Counted from the first letter of the stretch, positions 50,813 to 60,523 are shown. The stretch is 64,000 nt of DNA from an uncultured delta proteobacterium (GCA_963843145.1 CAWJJC010000028.1:704001-768000), one strand, 5' to 3'. Made by a program: numbers and translations. The notes: generated by a model from the letters alone, not told the origin.

Positions 50813-50920
50813 CCCCAACATTAGGAAAAGCAATAAAAAATATCCCGCCGCCTCTCCTCCCAGCACCCCGTGATCCCCTGATCGGAATGGGGCCGGAGTA
50901 AAAGAAGGGGATATTTTTTT

Positions 50921-51007
50921 GCCGAAGTGGCGGAATTGGTAGACGCGCTAGGTTCAGGGTCTAGTAGGTGTACGCCTGTAGGGGTTCGAGTCCCCTCTTC
51001 GGCACCA
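50921..51007 (+). tRNA. tRNA-Leu (CAG)
   Basis: GCCGAAG/CTTCGGC acceptor stem, D-loop GGAATTGGTAGAC, anticodon loop TT-CAG-GG, long variable arm, GGTTCGAGTCC, encoded CCA. Confidence 0.97.
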
Positions 51008-51014
51008 AATGGAT

Positions 51015-51056
51015 GAAAGCGGGCGAGATTCCAATATCTTGCCCGCTTTCGTTTTT
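51015..51056 (+). terminator. Rho-independent terminator after the tRNA
   Basis: GAAAGCGGGCGAGAT/ATCTTGCCCGCTTTC stem followed by GTTTTT. Confidence 0.8.
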
Positions 51057-51113
51057 GGGCGGGTGCGGTGAGAGCGGATCTTTCGGTAATTATTTTCATA
51101 AAATGAGATCGTC

Positions 51114-52907
51114 ATGTTAACCGAACTCCATTCGTTCCATATTCCGGTCATGGGAATCGGCCATTCCATCGACACGCCGATTCGCGTGGCCCCTTTGGGT
51201 ATTTCTTCCGTGATCTCCCTGGTGGATGATCTCCTGCTGGAGCAGCTCCGCCATTATTACAGCCGGATCCATAATCTTCCCTGGACCGCTATTCCGAATG
51301 AAGTGGGGGACAGCCGAGCCAAACGGATCACCGCTTATCTTGATCTGGTCCTTCATCTGGTGAACCAGAAAATGGAGGCCATGCGACGAGAACCCTTTTT
51401 CGGAAATAATGACAAAGACACCTACTTCCAGCTTCTTCCGGAGGAGAGTCCGCTTAAGGCGGACTATCAAAAACTCAAAGGCCTTCCTCCGGGGCCGGAG
51501 CGAGAGTCCCTGGCCCGGGACCTGGACTCAAAGATGCGTCCGGGTTCCATCGACGTGAATATTATGGTCAAGCTGGACCGGGAGAACCGTGATTCCCAGG
51601 GGAAACCATTGGGCGGCGAATTTTCGGATGCCCAGGCGGCGCTCCGCGGGTTTGCCGAGAGTCGTCTCGACTCCTGCCTAGTTTTGTCCGCTGGGATGAG
51701 CAAGAAATTATTCGCCTCGATCGCCCAATTCCGCGATTTCTACCGGGATTCCAAAGGTGAGCTGAAGAAAAAGATCGTCTTGAAGGTCAGTGATTTTCGC
51801 TCGGCCTTCGTCCAGGCCAAATTGCTGGCCAAACGGGGGCTGGAGGTGTCGGAATTCCGCGTGGAATCCGGCCTCAATTGCGGGGGCCATGCCTTTCCCA
51901 CCCGCGGGAAACTACTGCCCTGGATTTTAAAGGAGTTCAGAGAAAAATGGGGGCAATTGAAAGGCAGCGCGGCCTCCCTGGTGGGCGACTACTACGGGAA
52001 GATGGGGTGGTCTTATCCGGCTTTCGCTCTGCCGGAGCCTCTTTTGACCGTTCAAGGTGGAATCGGTACCTCCGGGGAAGCCCGTCGCTTAAGGGAAGGA
52101 TTCGGCGCCGATCGGACGGGCTGGGGGAGCCCTTTTCTCCTGGTGCCCGAAGCCACTAACGTGGACGATGTCACCCGTGAGCTTTTGAGACAGGCCAAAG
52201 CGGGCGACCTCTACCTGAGCGATATCTCGCCCCTGGGCATTCCTTTCAACACCCTGCGGGGAACCGGCTCGGAGATTTGGACCCATGAGCAATGGCGGAG
52301 GGGGGCTCCCGGTTCTCCCTGCGGCAAGGGCTTTGCCGTCACCAGCACCGAATTTTCGGAAACCCCTCTGTGCCTGGCCTCGCGCCAATATCAAGGCCTG
52401 AAGCTGGCGGAGATTGACGGGCGGGATATCCCGACCGGGGAAAAAGAATTGCTGAAAGCGGCGGTGGTGAAAAAAACCTGTATTTGTACCCACCTGGGGA
52501 ACGGGGTACTCATCAAGTTAGGCTTGAAATCTCAAATGGCGGCCCCCCCGGCCGTTTGTCCGGGTCCCAACTTAGCCTGGTTTGATCGGCTCTACAGCCT
52601 CAAAGAAATGGTGGACCATATTTACGGGCGCGGCCCCTCCCTTGTTCGCCAGGAGCGTCCGCACATGTTTGCCCAGGAACTGGTCATCAATGTGGACTAT
52701 TTTGAAGAACTCCTTTCCGGCGGCGGTTCAGCCGATTCCAAGGCGCTGCTGGAATACAAAGAAAACCTGGATCAGGGGATCGCGCTTTGTCTGGATATTG
52801 CCCGTACGACCCCCTATGCCGACGAAAACCTGGCCTCCCTGGCCCGCTGCGCCAAGGAGCAACAACTCCGCCTGAACTCCCTCTATTCCAAAAGCCTGGC
52901 GGCCTGA
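51114..52907 (+). CDS. Conserved hypothetical protein, probable FMN-binding TIM barrel with Cys motifs
   Basis: HSFHIPVMG, LSAG, ESGLNCGGHAF, QGGIGT, GWGSPFLL resemble nitronate monooxygenase/FabK motifs; also CICTHL and CPGPN. Confidence 0.65.
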   Translation: MLTELHSFHIPVMGIGHSIDTPIRVAPLGISSVISLVDDLLLEQLRHYYSRIHNLPWTAIPNEVGDSRAKRITAYLDLVLHLVNQKMEAMRREPFFGNNDKDTYFQLLPEESPLKADYQKLKGLPPGPERESLARDLDSKMRPGSIDVNIMVKLDRENRDSQGKPLGGEFSDAQAALRGFAESRLDSCLVLSAGMSKKLFASIAQFRDFYRDSKGELKKKIVLKVSDFRSAFVQAKLLAKRGLEVSEFRVESGLNCGGHAFPTRGKLLPWILKEFREKWGQLKGSAASLVGDYYGKMGWSYPAFALPEPLLTVQGGIGTSGEARRLREGFGADRTGWGSPFLLVPEATNVDDVTRELLRQAKAGDLYLSDISPLGIPFNTLRGTGSEIWTHEQWRRGAPGSPCGKGFAVTSTEFSETPLCLASRQYQGLKLAEIDGRDIPTGEKELLKAAVVKKTCICTHLGNGVLIKLGLKSQMAAPPAVCPGPNLAWFDRLYSLKEMVDHIYGRGPSLVRQERPHMFAQELVINVDYFEELLSGGGSADSKALLEYKENLDQGIALCLDIARTTPYADENLASLARCAKEQQLRLNSLYSKSLAA

Positions 52908-53052
52908 TCGCCATCCGTTTTGAGCCGGTCGCTTTCGTCGGCCTGTTTTCGCCCCCCTTGGCCGTATTTCATCCTTGCCAAAATGGGACAAGGGAGTGTA
53001 TTTATCTTCGCTTGAGGTTATAAATGACCGCCGCGGTCCCCTGTTCGTTTCC

Positions 53053-56052
53053 ATGAAAAAATCCGAGAAGAAAATCTATAATGCCGCCTCCCGGCCGAAG
53101 ACGGAAAAAAAAGGGAGGGAGGACGTCCCTCCGGACCGTATCCAGTTGGAGCGGATCGAATTTCACCGCCAGGGAATGGCTCTGGTTCCAGCGGGTTCCG
53201 ATCTGGGGCCCGGAGTGGCCTATTTCATTAAGGGAAATGGACGGGACCTGGACCAGCGCTACTGCTCCTGTTCCCTCTCCGCCCGCCAGACCTGCCCCCA
53301 CCTGTTGAGGCTTTCGCGCTATTATCAGGAAGCCCAGCGGTTATTTGGCGGGGTCTCGCCCGGGGAGGCCTTCCAGAGAAGCTCCTGGCATCTGCTGGCC
53401 GCGCTGCTGGCCCAGGACTGCCGGGAAACCGCTGAATCAATATCCCTGCAATTCCTCCAGCACGCTCATTCGCGAATCATCCGGGTAACCGATTCCCAGG
53501 GAGAGGAAATGGTGCTTTATCTTTCGACGGGGCCGGATGCCGGACGTTTCCTGGAGCGGTTTGATGGGAACTTGGCCGATAATCAAGTTCCCCAGCGGGC
53601 CGCGCTGCTAAAAAAACTGGGAGAACTGACCTGGACCGATTCGGAGCGGGCCATGAATCAAATGGGCTACCAAACCTACGGCCAGGTATTCGAGCAGAAT
53701 TTCTGGCATCGTTTTGCCTACCATGGTTTTCGGGAATTTCTGGGGCTGGAAATTTCCTTTGTACCGGCTATCGAGAAGGAGTCGGGTCGATTTATGGTGA
53801 CCGGAAGGCATCCTGGGGGGGCGCCGCTGTTTCACTTGGTCATTCCCCGGAAAGGGGTAAAGGGATTTTTGAAAGGCTTCCGCGACCGACTGCCGAACCA
53901 GCACGGCCTGTCCATCCATCCTCTTCCGCTCAAGTCCATCTTCAAGATTTCCGCCAATACTAAGATGGACCTGACCGTCCGGCCCCTGATCCAGGTCTTG
54001 CAGGCCGATGGAGAGATAAAATATCTCAAAAAAGAAGGGCTGGAAAAATTCCGTTATGGGGACCTGATTTACGTCAAGGAACTGGGGATCCTGGCGGAAC
54101 TGGAGCCCCCCGGCCCCCTGGAACGGAAATTTGCCGCGCCGGTCAAGATGGTTCTCAAAAAATCGCAGGTCCCCAGATTCCTGGAGGAATACGGGCAGGC
54201 CCTGCGCCAGGGGGCACACCTGATCGATCCTTCGCTAGAGAAATTACTCATCCACCGCCAAGTGAATCAGGTGGAGATTTCACCTCGGGCCCTGGATCGG
54301 GATTGGTGTTGGCTCGACCTTCGCTATGGCATCGGAAAAAGCTCCCTTTCCTTGACGGAAATCCTCAAGGCTCGCGAAGCGGGTCAACGGTATATCCCTG
54401 TTCCAGACGGCTGGGTGGATTGCCTAGCGCTTGAACTGGAGGGCTTGCCGCTCCTGAAAGAGGCCCAGGGGTTGGGAAAGAGCCCTACCGGGCGGGAAGG
54501 GTTGAGGCTTTCCCGCCTGGATCTTTTCCGTCTTCAGGCTACCGGGACTGCTCCCTGGGAAGTGGTGGGGGCCACCAGGGAAGCAGCCGCCATAAAGTAT
54601 CTCCTGGCATTGAGGCCCGCTAAACCTCTGGGAACCCTGAAAGGCATGAAGTCCCCCTTGCGGGACTATCAGAAGGTCGGAGTGGACTGGCTCTCCTTTC
54701 TTTTTGAAAACCGATTGGGGGGTCTCCTCTGCGATGACATGGGCCTGGGCAAGACCCATCAGATTATGGCCCTGATGGTCAAGTTACGGGAGCAGGAGAA
54801 GAATCACCAGCCCCTGCTGGTGGTCTGTCCCACGACGGTCCTGAGCCATTGGAGCAAAAAAATCTTCGACCATACCCGGGGCTTAAAAGCGCAACTGTTC
54901 CATGGGGGAGAACGGGATCTGGCCGCGACCCTAAAAAAGAATCCGGTCCTGATAACTACCTACGGCATTCTCCGAAACGATATTGATCAGTTGAAAGAAA
55001 TTTCTTTTGCCCTGGCGGTTTTCGATGAAATTCAAAACCTGAAAAATGCGGATACCCTGACCTACCAGGCGGCCCAAAAGATTCGGGCCGCTACCAAGTT
55101 GGGATTGACCGGTACGCCTATTGAAAACCATTTATTCGAGTTAAAATCCTTGTTGGACCTGGTGGCCCTGGGCTACCTGGGATCGGATCAGGCTTTCAGC
55201 GAACGCTACGTCAAACCCATCGAAAAGGACCTTAACGGCCTCCAGCGGGAAAGACTGAACCGGATGATCTCCCCCCTGGTATTGCGCCGCCTGAAAAAAA
55301 CCGTTCTGGCGGAACTTCCGGAAAAGATCGAAGACCTGCGGTTTTGTGCTTTGAGCGAGGACCAGGTCCGGCTCTATCGGCAGTCCGTTGCCTCCCGGGG
55401 CCAGGGGTTGTTGGCAGCCCTCCAGGATAAAAAAACCCCGGTCCCGTACCTTCACATTTTCGCCCTCTTGACCTTACTTAAACAGATTTGTGACCACCCG
55501 GCGCTGGTGGAAAAAAAGCCGGAGGCGTATGAAAAATACGAATCCGGCAAATGGGAGCTGTTCCGGGAATTGCTGGAAGAGGGTCTGGACAGCGGCCAGA
55601 AGATCGTGGTTTATAGTCAATTTCTGGGCATGATCGGGATAATGGAACGATACCTGAAGGGAATGGGGGTGGGGTTCGCAGCCTTGACCGGCTCCAGTCG
55701 GAAGCGGGGAGAGCTCATTGCCCGGTTCAATGAGGATCCCGATTGCCGGGTTTTCCTGGGCAGTCTGAAGGCCGGCGGGACCGGAATTGATCTGGTGGCC
55801 GCTTCCATGGTCATCCATTATGACCGCTGGTGGAACGCCGCCCGTGAGGATCAGGCCACGGATCGGGTCCACCGTATCGGGCAGCAGCGGGGAGTTCAGG
55901 TCTTCAAGTTGGTGACCACCGGGACCTTGGAAGAAAAAATATCGGCTATCATCGAAAGAAAGAAAAACCTCATGGAGGCCATTGTCCGGGAGGATGATCC
56001 CAACCTGCTTAAAACGTTTACCCGGGAAGAACTGATCGACCTGCTCACCTGA
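53053..56052 (+). CDS. SNF2-family helicase with a SWIM-like N-terminal zinc motif
   Basis: CSC...CPH; LRDYQ..G..WL, LCDDMGLGKT, DEIQ, LTGTPIEN, QICDHP, SLKAGGTG, DRWWN, QATDRVHRIGQ. Confidence 0.93.
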   Translation: MKKSEKKIYNAASRPKTEKKGREDVPPDRIQLERIEFHRQGMALVPAGSDLGPGVAYFIKGNGRDLDQRYCSCSLSARQTCPHLLRLSRYYQEAQRLFGGVSPGEAFQRSSWHLLAALLAQDCRETAESISLQFLQHAHSRIIRVTDSQGEEMVLYLSTGPDAGRFLERFDGNLADNQVPQRAALLKKLGELTWTDSERAMNQMGYQTYGQVFEQNFWHRFAYHGFREFLGLEISFVPAIEKESGRFMVTGRHPGGAPLFHLVIPRKGVKGFLKGFRDRLPNQHGLSIHPLPLKSIFKISANTKMDLTVRPLIQVLQADGEIKYLKKEGLEKFRYGDLIYVKELGILAELEPPGPLERKFAAPVKMVLKKSQVPRFLEEYGQALRQGAHLIDPSLEKLLIHRQVNQVEISPRALDRDWCWLDLRYGIGKSSLSLTEILKAREAGQRYIPVPDGWVDCLALELEGLPLLKEAQGLGKSPTGREGLRLSRLDLFRLQATGTAPWEVVGATREAAAIKYLLALRPAKPLGTLKGMKSPLRDYQKVGVDWLSFLFENRLGGLLCDDMGLGKTHQIMALMVKLREQEKNHQPLLVVCPTTVLSHWSKKIFDHTRGLKAQLFHGGERDLAATLKKNPVLITTYGILRNDIDQLKEISFALAVFDEIQNLKNADTLTYQAAQKIRAATKLGLTGTPIENHLFELKSLLDLVALGYLGSDQAFSERYVKPIEKDLNGLQRERLNRMISPLVLRRLKKTVLAELPEKIEDLRFCALSEDQVRLYRQSVASRGQGLLAALQDKKTPVPYLHIFALLTLLKQICDHPALVEKKPEAYEKYESGKWELFRELLEEGLDSGQKIVVYSQFLGMIGIMERYLKGMGVGFAALTGSSRKRGELIARFNEDPDCRVFLGSLKAGGTGIDLVAASMVIHYDRWWNAAREDQATDRVHRIGQQRGVQVFKLVTTGTLEEKISAIIERKKNLMEAIVREDDPNLLKTFTREELIDLLT

Positions 56053-56062
56053 TTTTTCCCTA

Positions 56063-56091
56063 TTGACCTGCCGGTAAACCGGTTTTAATAT
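56063..56091 (+). promoter_or_regulatory. Putative sigma70 promoter
   Basis: TTGACC-N17-TAATAT, placing +1 a few nt before the long inverted repeat. Confidence 0.6.
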
Positions 56092-56103
56092 AAAAACAGA
56101 CGC

Positions 56104-56412
56104 TTCGCCCTTTTGGGTGGGTACCCCCCAGATCTGGTATGGCCGATGGGTCTCGGCGAAAGGGCTTTCCAAAGGTACTCCGGACTTCGAACCCGGGCCT
56201 AAATTACCAATTTTATTTGAAGCAGGCCCAAACTCAAAGGCTTTGGATGCTTCTTCGGCCGGCCCTGCCTCCGTGAAGATTTAGAAACATGGGGGCCGGG
56301 TTAGAACCTATAAAGCAAGGTGGAAAACCCTTTCGCCGAGACCCATCGGCCACGAAGGCCTGATTTCAGTCTAATCTACCAGATATTGTGGCCACCCACC
56401 CAAAAGGGCGAA
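56104..56412 (+). ncRNA. Candidate structured RNA or long inverted-repeat element (~310 nt)
   Basis: 56104-56122 pairs perfectly with 56394-56412 (19 bp); ATCTGGTA/TACCAGAT (8 bp); 56140-56171 pairs with 56321-56352 (31 of 32 bp); internal hairpins. The repeat is certain; RNA function is inferred. Confidence 0.5.
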
Positions 56413-56445
56413 CAACCTAAAAAAAACGCTCAAGAAAAGGACCCC

Positions 56446-56661
56446 ATGGCCTGCGTTAAACCCGACGGCAGTCTCACCGAGACGGCTAAAGTCCTGTTGA
56501 GACAAATCGAAAACCCGCTGAACGCCGAGGAGATCGCTTCCCGGGTCAACCAACCTTTGTTTAAGGTTCGCAGCGTCATGCGCGAACTGGTGAGCAACAG
56601 CCTGGCGATGGAAGAGAACGGTAAGTTTCAGGTTTCATCCAAAGGGAAAGAGAAATGGTAG
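56446..56661 (+). CDS. Small winged-HTH protein with an N-terminal MACVxPDG motif
   Basis: AEEIASRVNQPLFKVRSVMRELVSNSL...FQVSSKG wHTH pattern; AAGGA RBS. Confidence 0.75.
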   Translation: MACVKPDGSLTETAKVLLRQIENPLNAEEIASRVNQPLFKVRSVMRELVSNSLAMEENGKFQVSSKGKEKW

Positions 56662-56742
56662 TCTTATTGCCCGTCTCATTTCAGCGAACTTATCAGGACT
56701 GAATTAAGAAGTAAAAAGTAAAATCAAACAGGAGGTGCCCGT

Positions 56743-57396
56743 ATGGAGCATATTCAGGAGGGTCCCGTGGCCATTCCCCGAATCGGTTCTCCCGCGCCCC
56801 CCTTTGAGGCCGTAACCTCGATGGGGACCCTTAAACTGGAGGATTTTAAAGGAGGCTGGCTGATTTTATTTTCCCATCCGGCGGATTTTACGCCGGTCTG
56901 CACCACGGAGTTTATCGCCTTTGCCAAACTGCACCCCAAACTGCGGGAGATGAACTGCGAACTGATGGGCCTGAGCATCGACAGCGTTTATTCCCATATC
57001 GCCTGGGTCCGCAATATCGAAGAGAAACTGAAGGTCAAGATTACCTTTCCCGTGATCGCCGATTTGAACAAGGACGTGGCCGGCCTGTACGGCATGATCA
57101 TGCCCGGGGAGAGCACTACCGAGACCTCCCGCTGCGTGTTTATCATCGACGAAAAACAGGTCATCCGGGCCATCATCTACTATCCCCTGACTACCGGCCG
57201 GAACACCGCTGAAATCCTGCGAGTGCTCCAGGCCCTGCAAACGACGGATAAAAATGGCGTGGCCACGCCGGCCAACTGGCGTCCCGGAGACGAAGTGATC
57301 ATCCCGCCGCCCAGGACCCAGGAAATGGCCGAAGAGCGGGTGGCCAACAAAGAGACCAAGTGCAAAGACTGGTACTTCTGTAAGAAAAAATTATAG
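56743..57396 (+). CDS. Peroxiredoxin (Prx6/archaeal type)
   Basis: FSHPADFTPVCTTEF, GRN..EILR...LQ, TPANW.PG, C-terminal CKDWYFC. Confidence 0.95.
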   Translation: MEHIQEGPVAIPRIGSPAPPFEAVTSMGTLKLEDFKGGWLILFSHPADFTPVCTTEFIAFAKLHPKLREMNCELMGLSIDSVYSHIAWVRNIEEKLKVKITFPVIADLNKDVAGLYGMIMPGESTTETSRCVFIIDEKQVIRAIIYYPLTTGRNTAEILRVLQALQTTDKNGVATPANWRPGDEVIIPPPRTQEMAEERVANKETKCKDWYFCKKKL

Positions 57397-57445
57397 CCGG
57401 AGGCACCCATGGTCTGTATCAATCCCGATGGGACCCTAAGCGAGA

Positions 57446-57871
57446 ATGCAACTGAAAGAAATTATTAAAGGGACGAGTCCCTTTGCTGAAATGCTCGGGA
57501 TTCGGGTAGCCGGGTTCGGGGACGGCGTCGGGCAATGTGTCTTGGAAATAAGAGAGGAAATGCTGAATCTGCATGGTTCCGTACACGGAGGGGTCATTTA
57601 TTCCCTGGCCGATATCGGCATGGGTGTGGCCTTGCATTCTCTTCTGGACCAGGGAGAAGGGTGTTCGACTATCGAGATCAAGATGAACTACTTCGTCCCG
57701 GCCCGGGGCCAACGCCTGACCTGTACCAGCCGGGTCCTTCAAAAAGGGAAATCCATTGCCGTACTGGAGGCCGAAATTAAAGATCGCCGCCGGCTGATTG
57801 CCAAAGGAATGGGAACCTTTGCCGTATTATCGGCCGTGGGTAGTTCCGGGAAAGAGAAGCCTAACCAATAA
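57446..57871 (+). CDS. PaaI-family hotdog thioesterase
   Basis: NLHGSVHGGVIYSLADIGMG, TIEIKMNY. Confidence 0.88.
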   Translation: MQLKEIIKGTSPFAEMLGIRVAGFGDGVGQCVLEIREEMLNLHGSVHGGVIYSLADIGMGVALHSLLDQGEGCSTIEIKMNYFVPARGQRLTCTSRVLQKGKSIAVLEAEIKDRRRLIAKGMGTFAVLSAVGSSGKEKPNQ

Positions 57872-57957
57872 GTTAGCCGTGCAGGTCAGCGCTGGGAAGA
57901 TCCGCGTGTATGAGACGGTACACGACTATCATTTTGGGAGGATTGGCAGCCGAATTT

Positions 57958-59479
57958 CTAAGCGGGGGGCCTCGATTTCAGCGGTCCGACCGCCAGTAGA
58001 TAAAGAAGCCGGGAGTCGGCATTCAATCCCAGCAGGTCGGCCGCTTCCTGGTCATACAAAGCCCCAATTCCGCAGCAGCCCAACCCCAGGGCCGTAGCCG
58101 CCAGGTAGAGACGCTCTCCCAGTCGGCCGGCGGTCATCAGCGCGTAGCGATATCCTCGGGGCCCCCATTGTTCGTCCAATTGCCGCAGATTGCTCATCAA
58201 TAGAAAATGGACCGCCGCCTGAGCCAACCAGGCCTGATCCAGGCAGATCCGGGTCATCTGCCGGGTAAAGGAGCCGGCAACGGCCGGTCCTATGGATTTC
58301 GAAAGACCGTCCAGAAGGTAAAAACCCGGAGGAATTCCTTCGACTCTTTCGGCCAGGCAACCTACGGCCAGGGTCTGATGGGGTTTCCAGCCCTCGCCCG
58401 ATTCCGTTTCTTCAAAATAGGCCAGCGACGACCAGAGGGCCTGCCAGCTTTTCCCGCTCATGGGGGTCGTGACATAATTGCGCTGGGAGCGGCGTGAAAA
58501 GACGGCCCGGTCCAGGTTCACCCTTTCCTCCGGGGAAGAGAACCCGGGAAGGGGAGACCAGACTTTCACTTCCGGTCCGATCAGACGGACCATAGTGCCT
58601 GAAGCAGCCGGTTCGGTTGTTATGGGACCTCCGGCTTCGTAGGCTTCCCGTATAAGCGGATAGTCCACCTCCAGGTTGGCCACCCGGCTGGCCTGCTGAA
58701 GGGCTGAAGGCAAAGGGCGGAGAGACGAATCCGCGACGAACGCCGGAGAATCCTGGGGTCTATTGGCTCGAACAATGGCCAGGGGGACTTCCAACTTCTC
58801 GTCCAGCCCGAGCATTCGGCCCAAGGTCCGGTCCTCAAAATCGGCGGTGAGTTGATAGGGCAGGGACAGGGCTTTCAGGGCCAGGACCAAGTGTTCGATG
58901 ACGTGGCCCGTGTCCAGCAGGTGATAGCGAAAGGCCCGGTTGCGGTATTTCCAGGAACTGCGGAAAAAGATGGCGGTTAGAAAAAAAGTGATGAGGGGAT
59001 CTCGGGAGGCCTGCTCCGGCCGGTTGCCTCGAAGGGGGATCTGGACCATTTCCGGAGCGAAGCTGGGAAAGCCCATGCCGGGCAACGGAAAAATGATACA
59101 GCCCGTCCTCCAGCCCCTTCACCCCGGCCAGCGCCGCGTAGATCTCGGTCGGATAGAGGGCCCCGGCCGAGGCCGTGGAGCGGTAATAAAAATTTCCGTC
59201 CGGATGATGGGCCTTGGCGGTCAGGCTGTGCGTCAACAGAAGAATGGCGGACAGGTCTTCCGCCGTGAGTTCCGGACGGGGATCCGTACCCGGGGCCTGC
59301 CGGAACAGATTCCCTATTGGAATTTGGGGCAGGTTGGGCTCCCGGGGCAGCAGGATTGGCTCTATCCCGGGATAGGTTTTATAGACGTTGGGCTGATTGG
59401 CCCAGTCCATAGAATGCCCACTCATCCGATCGCGCCGGTAACTGGTTTCCAAATGGTACTGGGCGGCGGAAAGCGTCAT
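57958..59479 (-). CDS. SagB/ThcOx-family tandem nitroreductase, +1 frameshift around 58990-59050
   Basis: YH..T, DWANQP..YK.Y, SAGALYPTE.Y, RSSWKY..RAFRY.LLD.GH, RRS.R, RGYRY....AG..G, GIGA.YD. Confidence 0.88.
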
Positions 59480-59534
59480 GAGGCGGAAATACTAACCAAA
59501 AATATCGGGTTTCGGATTTAGGTTGCGAAGCGGG

Positions 59535-59975
59535 TCAAGCATCCTTCAGTTTGCGGACGATGGAACGTCCGTATTCTTGCGCCATCTGAATGCCGCCGCC
59601 CAGGGCCACGCTTTTCAGCCGCAAGGCGTCACTGACCAGGTTCATTTTGAAAATGTTCTTCATCGTCTGGTAAATGCGCTCCGGGGCCTCGCCGCTCCAG
59701 CCGAAGGCCCCAAAAGCGCCGCCCACCCTTCCTTCCAGGCCGGCCTTTTCCGCCAGAAAAAGGAAGGTTTTCATGGGCTGGATCATTTCCCCGTGATAGG
59801 TGGGGGCGCCGAAGACGAAGGCCCGATATCCGGCCAGCAGCTTTTCGTCCTTGATCGTCGAGACATTGACCACCTCGGCCTCCAGTCCTTCCATCCGGAT
59901 TCCCTCGGCGATGGCCTCGGCGATTTTTGTCGTGTCGCCGCTCCGGGTGGCATAGGCAATTAAAACGTCGGGCAT
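59535..59975 (-). CDS. Flavodoxin-domain protein
   Basis: IAYATRSGDT..IAE, FGAPTYHG, AFGAFGWSGEA. Confidence 0.9.
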   Translation of the reverse strand: MPDVLIAYATRSGDTTKIAEAIAEGIRMEGLEAEVVNVSTIKDEKLLAGYRAFVFGAPTYHGEMIQPMKTFLFLAEKAGLEGRVGGAFGAFGWSGEAPERIYQTMKNIFKMNLVSDALRLKSVALGGGIQMAQEYGRSIVRKLKDA

Positions 59976-59994
59976 CCCTGTTCTCCTTTTAAAG

Positions 59995-60510
59995 TTAAAG
60001 CAATTTTTTGACGGCCTGCAAGACCTCCCCGTAATCGGGTTCCTGAGTCAGCTCCTTGACCACCTGGAGGTAACGAATGATCCCCTCCCGGTCCAGCACG
60101 TAGACGATCCGGGCCAGAAGGCGCAATTCCTTGATCAGTGCCCCGTAAGCCGTCCCGAAGGCCGCCTCCCGATGATCCGAGAGGGTGATCAGTTTATCGA
60201 TTCCGGCGGCGCCGCACCAGCGTTTCTGAGCAAAGGGCAGGTCCATGCTGATGGTCAGGATCTGCACCTCGGACCCCAGGTTGGCCGCCTCGGCGTTGAA
60301 CCGACGGGTCTCCAGGTCGCAAACCGGCGTATCCAGGGAGGGGACCGCGGTGATAATCACCACTTTTCCCCGAAAGGCGGAAAGACGAACGGGTTGCAGG
60401 TCGTTGTCTAAGATCTCAAAATCGGGGGCCGGGTCTCCCACTTGGAGGGCCGATCCCACCAGGGTCAGGGGATTTCCCTGAAAGGTAATGATTCCGGTTC
60501 GTTCTTCCAT
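59995..60510 (-). CDS. tpx: Thiol peroxidase
   Basis: VPSLDTPVC...TRRFN, ISMDLPFAQKRWCGA, LSDHR, EPDY. Confidence 0.95.
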   Translation of the reverse strand: MEERTGIITFQGNPLTLVGSALQVGDPAPDFEILDNDLQPVRLSAFRGKVVIITAVPSLDTPVCDLETRRFNAEAANLGSEVQILTISMDLPFAQKRWCGAAGIDKLITLSDHREAAFGTAYGALIKELRLLARIVYVLDREGIIRYLQVVKELTQEPDYGEVLQAVKKLL

Positions 60511-60523
60511 GCGTGGTCTCCTT

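Noticed and set aside
50921-56052. tRNA-integrated island or defence locus with a SNF2 helicase
   Set aside because: No integrase, no duplicated tRNA 3' end seen, and composition similar to the backbone
56104-56412. Retron msr-msd, 6S RNA, tmRNA, RNase P or SRP RNA
   Set aside because: No adjacent RT, none of the conserved motifs recognised, and too long and too perfectly paired for 6S
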